From Amoeboradix gromovi X-113 (lineage: Eukaryota; Fungi; Sanchytriomycota): a DNA stretch of 12,243 nucleotides. The translations under genes and the position numbers were made by a program. Positions 1 to 10,839 of the stretch are shown here, in pieces (position 1 is the first letter of the stretch; the number at the start of each line of letters is the position of its first letter). Where the stretch lies: positions 1 to 12,243 of the forward strand of contig JADGIF010000266.1 of assembly GCA_018985225.1 (NCBI GenBank). Direction: 5' to 3'. Below the pieces are notes generated by a model. The model saw only the letters and a program-made list of their open reading frames with translations. It did not search any database and was not told the origin of the DNA.

Positions 1-179
1 GGTATTATCGAACAGGCATGCACATATTTCATGCAAGCTCTACGTTTCACAGTATACACATGATTACATTTTACCAATGCCTCTCCAGTCATTTGCTATG
101 AATGAGAAAGCAGCGTATCTTCATTCACCTTCAAAACCTGCAAACAACTGCTTGAGCGATGGAACTCATCTTATGACAA
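1..179 (+). repeat. Near-identical direct repeat, copy 1 (runs off the left window edge)
   Basis: 1-179 matches 8137-8315 with no gaps and 2 mismatches (positions 47 and 129). Confidence 0.97.
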
Positions 180-697
180 CAAACATTTTTCAAAAGAAGT
201 TATGAACTCCCCATTTAAAGTTCCGATTTCCAAGAATATCGAGAACTTCCACGTATAAACTAGCAATGCCAGAAGCTCCGTTACAGTGATTGCTCACGCT
301 TTCACTACACTGAGGCGGGATTGAGTGAGGACACATATACTTGTGTATATTCCTTGCTGTCTTATGCTCTTAATTGTTGCACGAGTGGTAAGGCCAATAG
401 CATACTAATTGTTAAATAGACAGCGTACAAGTTTGTTTTTCGTTGATCTCTTTCTGGGAATTAAAAGACATCTAATGTTCCATGTTTGGATCAGTTCTTC
501 AACGTTGATGGATTTATGCTGTAACTGTTAGCTTTTTCTTTAGATTTGACATATTCAGGATTGCATTCATTGATTTCATTTATGAATATGAAGAATATCG
601 AGTATCCAAGATATTGGAGAATCTGGAAAAGTCATGCGATTGTATAAAAATACATACAAGTTCTCGATAAATGATTTGTTCTACAAAATTCGATGAG
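1..697 (+). pseudogene. Decayed relic A of an unidentified protein-coding family
   Basis: 205-350 aligns to 11319-11461 at about 95/146 columns by hand count, and collinear blocks continue to about 697/11786. Synonymous differences on + (513-536 FML*LLAF vs 11610-11633 FTLELQAF; SDCSRFHYTEAG vs SDCRCLHYPEAG) indicate a + strand coding ancestor. Internal stops and frameshifts are present. Confidence 0.7.
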
Positions 698-765
698 CTG
701 TAAACGATGGAGTATGGTCTCCAGAAATTCGATGTAAAATTTTTAAAGATTTTTCAAGACAAGGG

Positions 766-1080
766 ATGTCGACCGTGCCGTTTAAGAACGAAGACTATTC
801 AAAGATAACCAGACGAAAAAGAGTCGCGTACAAAACATTTCTAGAAAAAGAAAGATCTAGACCTATGGATGTAATAACTTACACTAGCGTTACTGCACCA
901 CCTTCTTTCTTTCCAAACAGAAAATATTGTGATATCACAGGACTGGAGGCACAGTATACAGACCCAAAAACGGGTTTGCGATTCCATAACCAAGAGGTAT
1001 ATGCCTACATAAGAGGAATATCACAATTTACAGCCCAAGAATACCTTAAAATCAGAAATGCTAATCAAGGAATAATATGA
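766..1080 (+). CDS. IES6: INO80 complex subunit Ies6 / INO80C (YL1_C domain)
   Basis: 104 aa with the family motif TYxSVxAPPS..P..KYCDITGLEAxYTDPKTGLRFHN and a C-terminal YLKIRNA. AATAAA lies 2 nt after the stop. Confidence 0.93.
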   Translation: MSTVPFKNEDYSKITRRKRVAYKTFLEKERSRPMDVITYTSVTAPPSFFPNRKYCDITGLEAQYTDPKTGLRFHNQEVYAYIRGISQFTAQEYLKIRNANQGII

Positions 1081-1082
1081 GT

Positions 1083-1088
1083 AATAAA
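1083..1088 (+). terminator. Polyadenylation signal AATAAA of IES6
   Basis: TGA-GT-AATAAA-CAA-TTTT, the same stop-adjacent layout seen for other genes in the window. Confidence 0.6.
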
Positions 1089-1143
1089 CAATTTTAGTTC
1101 TCTGTTTTTATGGATTTTATTTTTAAAAAGGTTATAGTGAGAC

Positions 1144-2055
1144 ATGGAGGATGATGACTTTTTAGAAAACATTGACCCTAATGAGACTGTGATTGATTTA
1201 ACTCACAGTAGACTCAAGGAAATGAGTAGCTTGAATCTGGAAAGGTTTAAAATGCTGAGGGAATTAGGTATGCGCCAGAACTTGCTAGTAAGAATCGAAA
1301 ATTTGCCGTTGCAGATAGAGTGGTTAGATTTGTATGATAACAAGATCAGAGATGTCGGAATCATGAAAAATCTTGTTAAGCTGAAATACCTTGACTTGTC
1401 CTACAACCTAATCAAGGAATTTGATCCTGATGCTTTTGAGCTGTTGGTTAATTTAGAACAAGTGTTTTTTATCAGCAACGATCTTAAAGATATTCCTAAT
1501 CTTTCAAAATGTACAACTCTGCGTAACCTGGAACTTGGAAGCAACAAAATAAGAGATATCAAAAATCTGGAGCACCTGACTGAGCTAGAGGAACTCTGGC
1601 TGGGAAAAAATAGAATTAGAAGATTGGGTGGTCTTGACCAACTCTCCAATCTTAGAATACTATCTATTCAAAGTAATCGACTTCATAAAATTGAGAATTT
1701 AACTGCCCTTGTGAATCTCGAGGAGTTCTACATATCCCACAATGGAATAGAAAAGATTGAAGGCATAGAAAATAATTTGAAGTTAAAGGTATTGGATATA
1801 AGTAATAACAGAATATCAGTTTTAGAAAACCTTGATCGTTTAGTGGCATTAGAAGAATTATGGGCAAATGACAATCGTTTGTCCTCATTTGCAGAATTGG
1901 AAAGTATGACGGGATTGAGAGAACTAAAAACTGTGTATTTGGAGAGAAATCCGTTGCAATCAATTGAGCCTACAGCATATAGACGTAAAGTTATATTGAC
2001 TCTACCCCAGTTGCAGCAATTAGATGCTACACTTACAAAAGAATCTTGCTCTTGA
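1144..2055 (+). CDS. SDS22: Protein phosphatase 1 regulatory subunit Sds22 / PPP1R7 (leucine-rich repeats)
   Basis: 303 aa of 22-residue SDS22-type LRRs (LDLYDNKI, LELGSNKIR, LWLGKNRI, LSIQSNRL, FYISHNGI) followed by the LRRcap YRRKVILTLPQLQQLDAT. Confidence 0.95.
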   Translation: MEDDDFLENIDPNETVIDLTHSRLKEMSSLNLERFKMLRELGMRQNLLVRIENLPLQIEWLDLYDNKIRDVGIMKNLVKLKYLDLSYNLIKEFDPDAFELLVNLEQVFFISNDLKDIPNLSKCTTLRNLELGSNKIRDIKNLEHLTELEELWLGKNRIRRLGGLDQLSNLRILSIQSNRLHKIENLTALVNLEEFYISHNGIEKIEGIENNLKLKVLDISNNRISVLENLDRLVALEELWANDNRLSSFAELESMTGLRELKTVYLERNPLQSIEPTAYRRKVILTLPQLQQLDATLTKESCS

Positions 2056-2073
2056 GTCATTTAAAGTTATTTT

Positions 2074-2079
2074 AATAAA
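2074..2079 (+). terminator. Polyadenylation signal AATAAA of SDS22
   Basis: AATAAA 18 nt after the TGA stop, followed by T-rich sequence. Confidence 0.5.
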
Positions 2080-2117
2080 TGTTCTCAACTCAAAGCTTTT
2101 TATTTATGAAAAGAATA

Positions 2118-2426
2118 TGGCTTGTAGGTAATAATGAGACTATTCTCGGCCAGTAATAGAGTTAATTGGTATTAACAATTTAGAATCACTGGATCTTTTT
2201 GAGCTTTGGACGCAAGGCATATTTGTTCTTAAATATGTCAGAGAGAGAAGATTTTATATGAATAAGATTAAGGATCAAATGAATTTGACCTATAAAAATT
2301 GCCTTTACTGGTTAGTAATAGGACAAGCTTGGATGTAAGTTTGCGGTCAGCAATTATTATTCCTCGTTTGTAAACTCATTGAAATAATCTTACCCAGCGA
2401 AAGGATGCAAATTGGGATTGCCGAGG
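2118..2426 (+). pseudogene. Decayed relic C of the same family, with deletions
   Basis: Collinear anchors: 2118-2147 tggcttgtaggtaataatgagactattctc vs 11038-11068 tgggttagacggtcattatgagatacttctc; ggccagt 2148 vs 8092; ggtatta 2168 vs 1 and 8137; acctataaaaattgc 2288 vs acctgcaaacaactgc 136; ttcctcgtt 2360 vs 11321; gattgc.ga 2416 vs 11400. Confidence 0.55.
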
Positions 2427-2440
2427 TTTTAATATTCTCC

Positions 2441-2460
2441 TCACGTGTGCTCACCAATCA
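2441..2460. promoter_or_regulatory. Putative promoter elements (TCACGTG E-box and CCAATCA box) upstream of the zf-HIT gene
   Basis: TCACGTG at 2441-2447 and CCAATCA at 2454-2460, about 30-50 bp before the ATG at 2489. These short motifs could occur by chance. Confidence 0.3.
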
Positions 2461-2488
2461 AATCCTTTGGGGTGACACATAATTTCAA

Positions 2489-2794
2489 ATGATTCCGTGC
2501 CTCATTTGCAATGAAATTAGTAAGTACACTTGCCCGACGTGCTCCATCAGATATTGCTCGATTTCTTGCTATAAAACTCATCAAGAAAACGGTCATTTAG
2601 AGCCTCAAATTTCAGACGAATTAAATGAACAGGAACTTTTGTTGCTCTCCAAAGGAAAAGAACATTTCAAACCACTTTGTAGATTAGTTATGGAGTCTGA
2701 GGAACCCAGATTAAAGTTGTACAAATTAGCTAAGGAAAACAAAGAGTTTGGAGATTTTATTAGAGAGTTAAAGTGTCAAATTGAAGCAAATTAA
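2489..2794 (+). CDS. HIT1: HIT-type zinc finger protein, Hit1/ZNHIT3-like (box C/D snoRNP assembly)
   Basis: N-terminal CLIC...KYTCPTCSIRYCSISCYKTH is a zf-HIT motif. The N-terminal finger, small size and helical C-terminus (EFGDFIREL) fit Hit1/ZNHIT3 better than Bcd1 or Vps71. The orthologue call is less certain than the domain call. Confidence 0.8.
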   Translation: MIPCLICNEISKYTCPTCSIRYCSISCYKTHQENGHLEPQISDELNEQELLLLSKGKEHFKPLCRLVMESEEPRLKLYKLAKENKEFGDFIRELKCQIEAN

Positions 2795-2810
2795 AATAAA
2801 AACCATTTAT
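2795..2810. terminator. Bidirectional 3'-end motif between the convergent zf-HIT and OXR1 genes
   Basis: AATAAAAACCATTTAT spans the 12-bp gap, giving AATAAA on + and ATAAA-TGG-TTTT on -. It is nearly identical to 8348-8362. Confidence 0.65.
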
Positions 2811-3643
2811 GATTCAATAACCCAAACTTCTATGTTGGTGCATTCAAATTCTGTGTTACTGCCCTCTATTATTGACTTGTATCCGTTAGTCATTGGCAGG
2901 TTGTCGAAAGTCTCACATTTTGCAGTCATGCATTTTAGAAAAGTGTCATTAAAACTAAGTCCAAAGCCATCACCGCCCCCTCCAAATGCTAAGAGCTCGG
3001 GCTGACTCAGTACAAAATAATCGTTTTTACCTGTGCTGCTATAAACATGAGCATTTCTATTTGAATCCATCCAAAATAGAAATGACTCTCCGGTACCATA
3101 ATAGTGTTTTTGAACATGCAGTCTGGTGGTAAAAAAAGAGCCAAAAATGCAACCAGAGTTGTCTTTTACAATAAGCACAAATCCCCGCTTAACCAATTGA
3201 CTATTGAAAGGTTCCATGAACCTGTAAAGGGTATTTAAAGATGCACCATCTTGATCCAGGGAATATATTAGCCTCCAATTACTGCTGATTTCAAATGTGA
3301 CAGGCAGGTAGTGTCTCAAAGATTCCGCCATTGCCAATGTCATGACTTTTCTACTTTCTTCTTTTCTATTTCGAAGTTTTATAGTGGGTAACGAATCTAG
3401 CAATGACTCATCAAAAGAGTAATGCCTATTAATCTTTTTTGGAATAGAATCCTCATCTGTTGGAGTTGTTGTAGCAGACATTGAGGTTGTAAACCAGCTA
3501 CTTAAATAGCTTGCATAACTACCAAATATCCCTTCATTTGATGATCCTTGAGGAAGGCTTTCACCTTCTTTATGCTTTTCTTCTTCAGCTTCTTCCGAGG
3601 GTTCTTCTAGTTTGAAAAGGCTGTCCAATTCATTCAAACTCAT
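2807..3643 (-). CDS. OXR1: Oxidation resistance protein Oxr1-like (TLDc domain)
   Basis: 278 aa with TLDc motifs WRLIYSLDQDGASLNTLY, IFGSF, YYGTGESFLF, LAFGGG, CETFDN and IEVWVI. Confidence 0.92.
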   Translation of the reverse strand: MSLNELDSLFKLEEPSEEAEEEKHKEGESLPQGSSNEGIFGSYASYLSSWFTTSMSATTTPTDEDSIPKKINRHYSFDESLLDSLPTIKLRNRKEESRKVMTLAMAESLRHYLPVTFEISSNWRLIYSLDQDGASLNTLYRFMEPFNSQLVKRGFVLIVKDNSGCIFGSFFTTRLHVQKHYYGTGESFLFWMDSNRNAHVYSSTGKNDYFVLSQPELLAFGGGGDGFGLSFNDTFLKCMTAKCETFDNLPMTNGYKSIIEGSNTEFECTNIEVWVIES

Positions 3644-3801
3644 GTTTGAGGGGAGGAATCTAATGTAAAAGAGGTGACTGATCTAACTTTGCATATCTGT
3701 CTCAAAATATACAAGGCACAAAGAGAAATCCGTCCTGTACAATTTCTGGAATAATACCACTCGCTTATGTAAAACACTGGGTACTCCAACTTTTTCAATT
3801 A

Positions 3802-6800
3802 ATGACTTCAAAATCTAGGCGTCAATATTTTAATATGGTGCAACTAATTGAGAGCAACAACACCACCATTGAAAATGTACTCTCCTATATCCATCATCCC
3901 GATTTTGTAGAGCTTGTTGAGCTTTCTCAAAAATCAAAGTTTAATGATGATTTTCAGGTTGCAATGGCTGCAGTCTTTAGTGAACACATAATATCTGTTT
4001 CTGAGCTGAAACCTCGCCAATTTATCGATTACTCTAGTGCATGTGTATCCTTGCTTATGAATTACAAAATTAAACTGAAATCTGAAATCAGTATGGATGC
4101 GAGTGATAAGTTGAATAACAAACCAAGATCAAATGAAGATAACCTACTTCCTAATAAGATAGAGGAAGTAAGGAATCACGTGCAGTCTTTGTCTAGAGTA
4201 CAAATATCTGGAAAACAGAAGAAACGAGCGGGAGAGCAGTTGCTGGTGTTGAGCATAATAAATGCTATCTTGAAAAATGCACCCTTGTCTCTAGTAAGTG
4301 TTTATACTAACGAAATTATAGACTACAAGTTTGAATGGAAGTGCTTAAATGATTATGTTAGCTTTAACACAAGGCTCTACGTAGACGAACTTTACTGTTT
4401 AGAAACCCTTACTTTCCTGATTAGTCACCTCAATTCTAGTAATTTGTACTTGTTTAATGTAATATTTGATGTTCTGGGCCCTTGGTTTTCTCGTTTTATT
4501 GATAAGACACAGTTAATTGCTAGCACATATAATGTGAAATTTTTGAACAGATCTTTGAACAGGGAGGTTAGCCGTAGAAGTAAGAAATCTTCTTCTTCAG
4601 CCAATTCCTATTCAATTACTCGAAGTAATAGTGAAATCAGTTTGTATAACTTAAATGTACTAAGCGCTTCTAATTTTTTCAACTCCTACGTCGCTATAGT
4701 GCTTCTGTTTCTTAAAGCCTACAAATCTATAATAGTGAATACTCCGGAAATAGTAAAGATTAAGTTATTCCGATTTTTGTTACACTTTGTGTGCTTTATT
4801 AACTCAGACACTCTGGAAAATGCACATTTGTTTAATATCACTCATTCAGATTTTATAATACTTAACGAACTTTTGATTTATTCATTGGATAGCCAAACTT
4901 TGAAGAGCATGCTATTTGATGAATATCCATTAATAAGCATGAATTTGGTTGTTAACCTGTGCCAATTGCAAATTTATCTCAAAAGAAACAATCTTATAAT
5001 ACTTAATGATTCTAACATGGACCCAATTTTAGATTTAGTTCATATTCACACATATCAACACTTGGATTTTATTCTTAATTTTAAATTTCCTCTGAGTATT
5101 CAAGAGCTGCAGAGCAAGATATACATTCCTTATATGTCCTACTGTCAGATTATTCATGATATTGTGCCTGATGCCTATTACAACTCGTTCTTCTCATTAA
5201 TTATTGACTTTAACGAGCACATGTTTTCAAACCATCTAAAGCTACTTAAACATCACCAATTTAGATTCCAGGATCACAAGCTAATTACCACGTTGTTATT
5301 GTTGATACTACAGCAGGAAGTAGACGTGGGGCCTATAGTTTGTTTTGTTGAGGTAATTAGAAATGTGCAGCTGTTGAATGGATCCAAGTTGATCCAGTTA
5401 CTAACTATCAACACATCACCTGTATATTACTGTTTGTTGATGCAGTTAATTCGTCAAGTTCATTCTCAAGGAAATAAGCGAAAATCAATTTTTGCTCCCT
5501 TCTTGATGACTGCCCTTGGATATAAACATGCCAATGTAAGCTGGAATTCCATCGCTACTATATATAAAAAACACAATATTGACATAGGCTATATAACTAG
5601 TGCTTCAAACACTCTGCAACATTATATTGAAACGATTTCTATTTGTTTTACTGCTATTGATAAAGATAAATTGCAAGCTATTTTACCGATAATACTAGGG
5701 CTGTTGAAAACAAACCCATGTGTAGAACTGATAAACTTGTTCTATAACCTATTCGAAAAGTATCCTAAGCCGTTATTGCGTGCCACTAGTCAAAGTTTGT
5801 ATGACCATGAAATGGCATATTTGTTCTTTCATTTTCGCAACTATTTGCAGATAAAACTCAAAATACGCAATATATCATTTATTCCTCTAGAGCTTGGTAC
5901 ATTCCAGCAACAATCATTGCCAAATTATATGCAAATCTTAAAACAAGAATATACCACTTTAAACACTGCTCCTATACCTAACAACGATAAGTTCATATCC
6001 TTGGATTTTCTTAATTTGTTTTCCACTGTTAATAAACCAATTCCTCACTTCATTGGTCTTTTATTTCTTAAATTAGAGAATATTCCCATATTATCTGCTA
6101 TAGCTGTTCAAGATCCATTGTTCCTGGTTAAAACGGCTTTTATTGAAGTTAAGCATGATAATATATCTCTAATATTAAACAAGATCATCCTACGAGACCC
6201 TAGCAATATGCAGCAGTTGGCTAACATTTGTATAAACTATACTCTTGGATTGCTAAGAAAGCTAAAAACACCCTCTACAGATGTGTTGCTGCAAATGAAT
6301 CAGCTTCTAAGCACTTGTTTATTGATAAACCCTATAGATTTCAAAGATTTAATCAAACATAAGACTAATGTATTTATTACACCTGATGAACCCGTGGATG
6401 TCCTGCTAGATATCGAGTCGTCTGCTTTGTCGGCAATTAAACTGCTAAATCTTTTCTATATGCATCAGCCTATACCGGTTACTCCAATAACCCCTCACAT
6501 AGATTATAAAATGTTTTATGACTCTTCGCTACTACTGTATCAATCCCATTTCCTCAACGCCAACAGCATACCACTTATATGCAGTGTTCATTCCACAGAT
6601 CTATATGTTAATAGGGTGGTTGATGCATTTATTTTGTTTATAAACATGAAATATTATATACATCAGGAATACTTGGAATCTGTTATTATATACATGATCA
6701 AGTACCATGCTAAACAACACGCTGTTTATTATTTACAGTACACCTGCTATCATCTATACCAAATTCATGGTGATGTTTTTATCATGGCTTGTTTGTCAGC

Positions 6801-8091
6801 GACTTGCAAAGTCATTAATTCGATTGATCCTGTTGGTATTGTCGATTTCTACAATATGTTTTTTGAATCACTAACCATGGAACATCCTTTACACGTCCAG
6901 GACAGTATGGCACTTATTTTGAATTGTTTATTTGATTATTATACAATTCAAATCATCCCACTGGAAGACGTAAAAGAAGCATTTACAAAGGAATTGCTGC
7001 TAAAGCTCATTATAAACATACTGTGCGAGGGATATGATGGAGTATTAATGAAGCTGTATCTTCTATTAATGGATGATGACTCTAGTGGATATGTTCAGAT
7101 GGCGCAGTCGTCTCATTTGATCAAATACAACAATGAGTTGTTGGTTATACTTTTAGAGTCCGATTTGATTTATCTGCTGACTTGCAACGATGTAAATGTT
7201 ATGCTAAAGCTTTATCTCAGGCATGAGACTAATAAAATCAATTTACATGGTTTTATTAGTAACATTAAAACCTATCATCAAGTTTACTTTAGCGACGATT
7301 TCATTTACGCCATAGCAACTACAATCAGTCAAAATATACGCAATATAAACATTGTTCACGAGTTCATATACAATCTTACAAATGCAATTGATGATCAGTC
7401 CCTTTTCAAGCCTCTTAGCGAAGCTTGTCAATTACATTCGGTGCTGGCATACAACCCGTGCTTAGAATATATTCCTGTTAACATTGACTACTCCTTCAAA
7501 GGCTTAATAAACGTGCTGCTACCCTGCAGCATAAGTCACTCTAATCTGGGATTTATCACCAAAGGATATGTATCAGAAGTTGTTAACCATCTGCAGTTGT
7601 CCTACAAGTTATCCAGATTGACAATGCCAATAACAGAATATGAGAAATACTACATTTTCATCCTAGCTGTGATTTTAGGCAATTTAATAAACACCAATGC
7701 TGCATTAGTTGAGATGCTTATGAATGAACTGATGGATAACAGTAACAACAATAACATAGATGCGTTAGTGGTAGCAAGGCATTATGTTATATCCTGTGGA
7801 TGCATTTACGGTATAAAAATGGATTCCATATATCCTAAAGAATGCTATAAAAAGAATAGAATAACAGCCCATGGAGTACTCTTACAGAGCAAGTATAAGA
7901 TTGTAAACGGATGTCGAGGATTGAGAATATGCAAGTGCGATTACACAAAAAAGGAGATAATGCTGAAAATGATTGAATTCATAATAGAAGAATTTCGTCA
8001 ACCACATCTGCTAAACATACCTGATTATATACTACCCATACGCAGTCCTGGTTTCCTAGATAATCAAGAGTTTACACCAAGAAACTGGTAA
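3802..8091 (+). CDS. Large hypothetical protein (1429 aa), Leu/Ile-rich, probably an alpha-solenoid (HEAT/ARM-like)
   Basis: A 4.3-kb stop-free frame in AT-rich DNA with amphipathic helical patterning and no motif I recognise. The last ~100 aa shift to a Cys/Lys-rich composition and resemble the relic family. Exact exon structure is uncertain. Confidence 0.85.
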   Translation: MTSKSRRQYFNMVQLIESNNTTIENVLSYIHHPDFVELVELSQKSKFNDDFQVAMAAVFSEHIISVSELKPRQFIDYSSACVSLLMNYKIKLKSEISMDASDKLNNKPRSNEDNLLPNKIEEVRNHVQSLSRVQISGKQKKRAGEQLLVLSIINAILKNAPLSLVSVYTNEIIDYKFEWKCLNDYVSFNTRLYVDELYCLETLTFLISHLNSSNLYLFNVIFDVLGPWFSRFIDKTQLIASTYNVKFLNRSLNREVSRRSKKSSSSANSYSITRSNSEISLYNLNVLSASNFFNSYVAIVLLFLKAYKSIIVNTPEIVKIKLFRFLLHFVCFINSDTLENAHLFNITHSDFIILNELLIYSLDSQTLKSMLFDEYPLISMNLVVNLCQLQIYLKRNNLIILNDSNMDPILDLVHIHTYQHLDFILNFKFPLSIQELQSKIYIPYMSYCQIIHDIVPDAYYNSFFSLIIDFNEHMFSNHLKLLKHHQFRFQDHKLITTLLLLILQQEVDVGPIVCFVEVIRNVQLLNGSKLIQLLTINTSPVYYCLLMQLIRQVHSQGNKRKSIFAPFLMTALGYKHANVSWNSIATIYKKHNIDIGYITSASNTLQHYIETISICFTAIDKDKLQAILPIILGLLKTNPCVELINLFYNLFEKYPKPLLRATSQSLYDHEMAYLFFHFRNYLQIKLKIRNISFIPLELGTFQQQSLPNYMQILKQEYTTLNTAPIPNNDKFISLDFLNLFSTVNKPIPHFIGLLFLKLENIPILSAIAVQDPLFLVKTAFIEVKHDNISLILNKIILRDPSNMQQLANICINYTLGLLRKLKTPSTDVLLQMNQLLSTCLLINPIDFKDLIKHKTNVFITPDEPVDVLLDIESSALSAIKLLNLFYMHQPIPVTPITPHIDYKMFYDSSLLLYQSHFLNANSIPLICSVHSTDLYVNRVVDAFILFINMKYYIHQEYLESVIIYMIKYHAKQHAVYYLQYTCYHLYQIHGDVFIMACLSATCKVINSIDPVGIVDFYNMFFESLTMEHPLHVQDSMALILNCLFDYYTIQIIPLEDVKEAFTKELLLKLIINILCEGYDGVLMKLYLLLMDDDSSGYVQMAQSSHLIKYNNELLVILLESDLIYLLTCNDVNVMLKLYLRHETNKINLHGFISNIKTYHQVYFSDDFIYAIATTISQNIRNINIVHEFIYNLTNAIDDQSLFKPLSEACQLHSVLAYNPCLEYIPVNIDYSFKGLINVLLPCSISHSNLGFITKGYVSEVVNHLQLSYKLSRLTMPITEYEKYYIFILAVILGNLINTNAALVEMLMNELMDNSNNNNIDALVVARHYVISCGCIYGIKMDSIYPKECYKKNRITAHGVLLQSKYKIVNGCRGLRICKCDYTKKEIMLKMIEFIIEEFRQPHLLNIPDYILPIRSPGFLDNQEFTPRNW

Positions 8092-8319
8092 GGCCAGTCG
8101 ACAGTTTCATTAGTTGCACACGCCTCCGCTGCCCGAGGTATTATCGAACAGGCATGCACATATTTCATGCAAGCTCTACGTTCCACAGTATACACATGAT
8201 TACATTTTACCAATGCCTCTCCAGTCATTTGCTATGAATGAGAAAGCAGCGTATCTTCATTCACTTTCAAAACCTGCAAACAACTGCTTGAGCGATGGAA
8301 CTCATCTTATGACAATAAA
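8092..8319 (+). pseudogene. Decayed relic D, continuing the 1429-aa ORF frame past its stop
   Basis: The same frame continues GQSTVSLVAHASAARGIIEQACTYFMQALRSTVYT*LHF...YE*ESS...FKTCKQLLERWNSSYDNK. In copy A this frame runs on into the segment that aligns codon-wise with 11319 onward. Confidence 0.55.
8137..8315 (+). repeat. Near-identical direct repeat, copy 2
   Basis: 177/179 identical to 1-179 in the same orientation, offset 8136 bp. Confidence 0.97.
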
Positions 8320-8347
8320 TAATCTGCTGCAATGGCTAAACAGTATT

Positions 8348-8362
8348 AATAAAACCATTTAT
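8348..8362. terminator. Bidirectional 3'-end motif abutting the CDC48 stop
   Basis: AATAAAACCATTTAT gives AATAAA on +. On -, AATAAA overlaps the CDC48 TAA and is followed by TGGTTTT. It matches 2795-2810 except for one A. Confidence 0.65.
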
Positions 8363-10811
<2,449 letters not shown>

Positions 10812-10839
10812 TTACAAGGAGAATCTGGAAAAAACTAAT

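Noticed and set aside
1081-1097. 17-nt GT-AG segment just after the IES6 stop
   Set aside because: It has no coding consequence and contains the likely poly(A) signal, so it cannot be supported from sequence alone.
1401-2060. Minus-strand ORFs within SDS22 (likewise 2781-3005 and 7243-7431 in other genes)
   Set aside because: Antisense shadows of well-supported genes with no motifs.
2143-2310. TTCTCGGCC (U2-like) and GCCTTTAC (U5 loop-like) fragments
   Set aside because: The matches do not extend, and the invariant flanking sequences and stems are missing.
2186-2457. Minus-strand 77-codon frame formed by removing two 19-nt GT-AG segments (2375-2393, 2290-2308)
   Set aside because: It has no ATG and no recognisable product, and the region is better explained as a + strand relic. 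It is still cheap to test with stranded RNA-seq.
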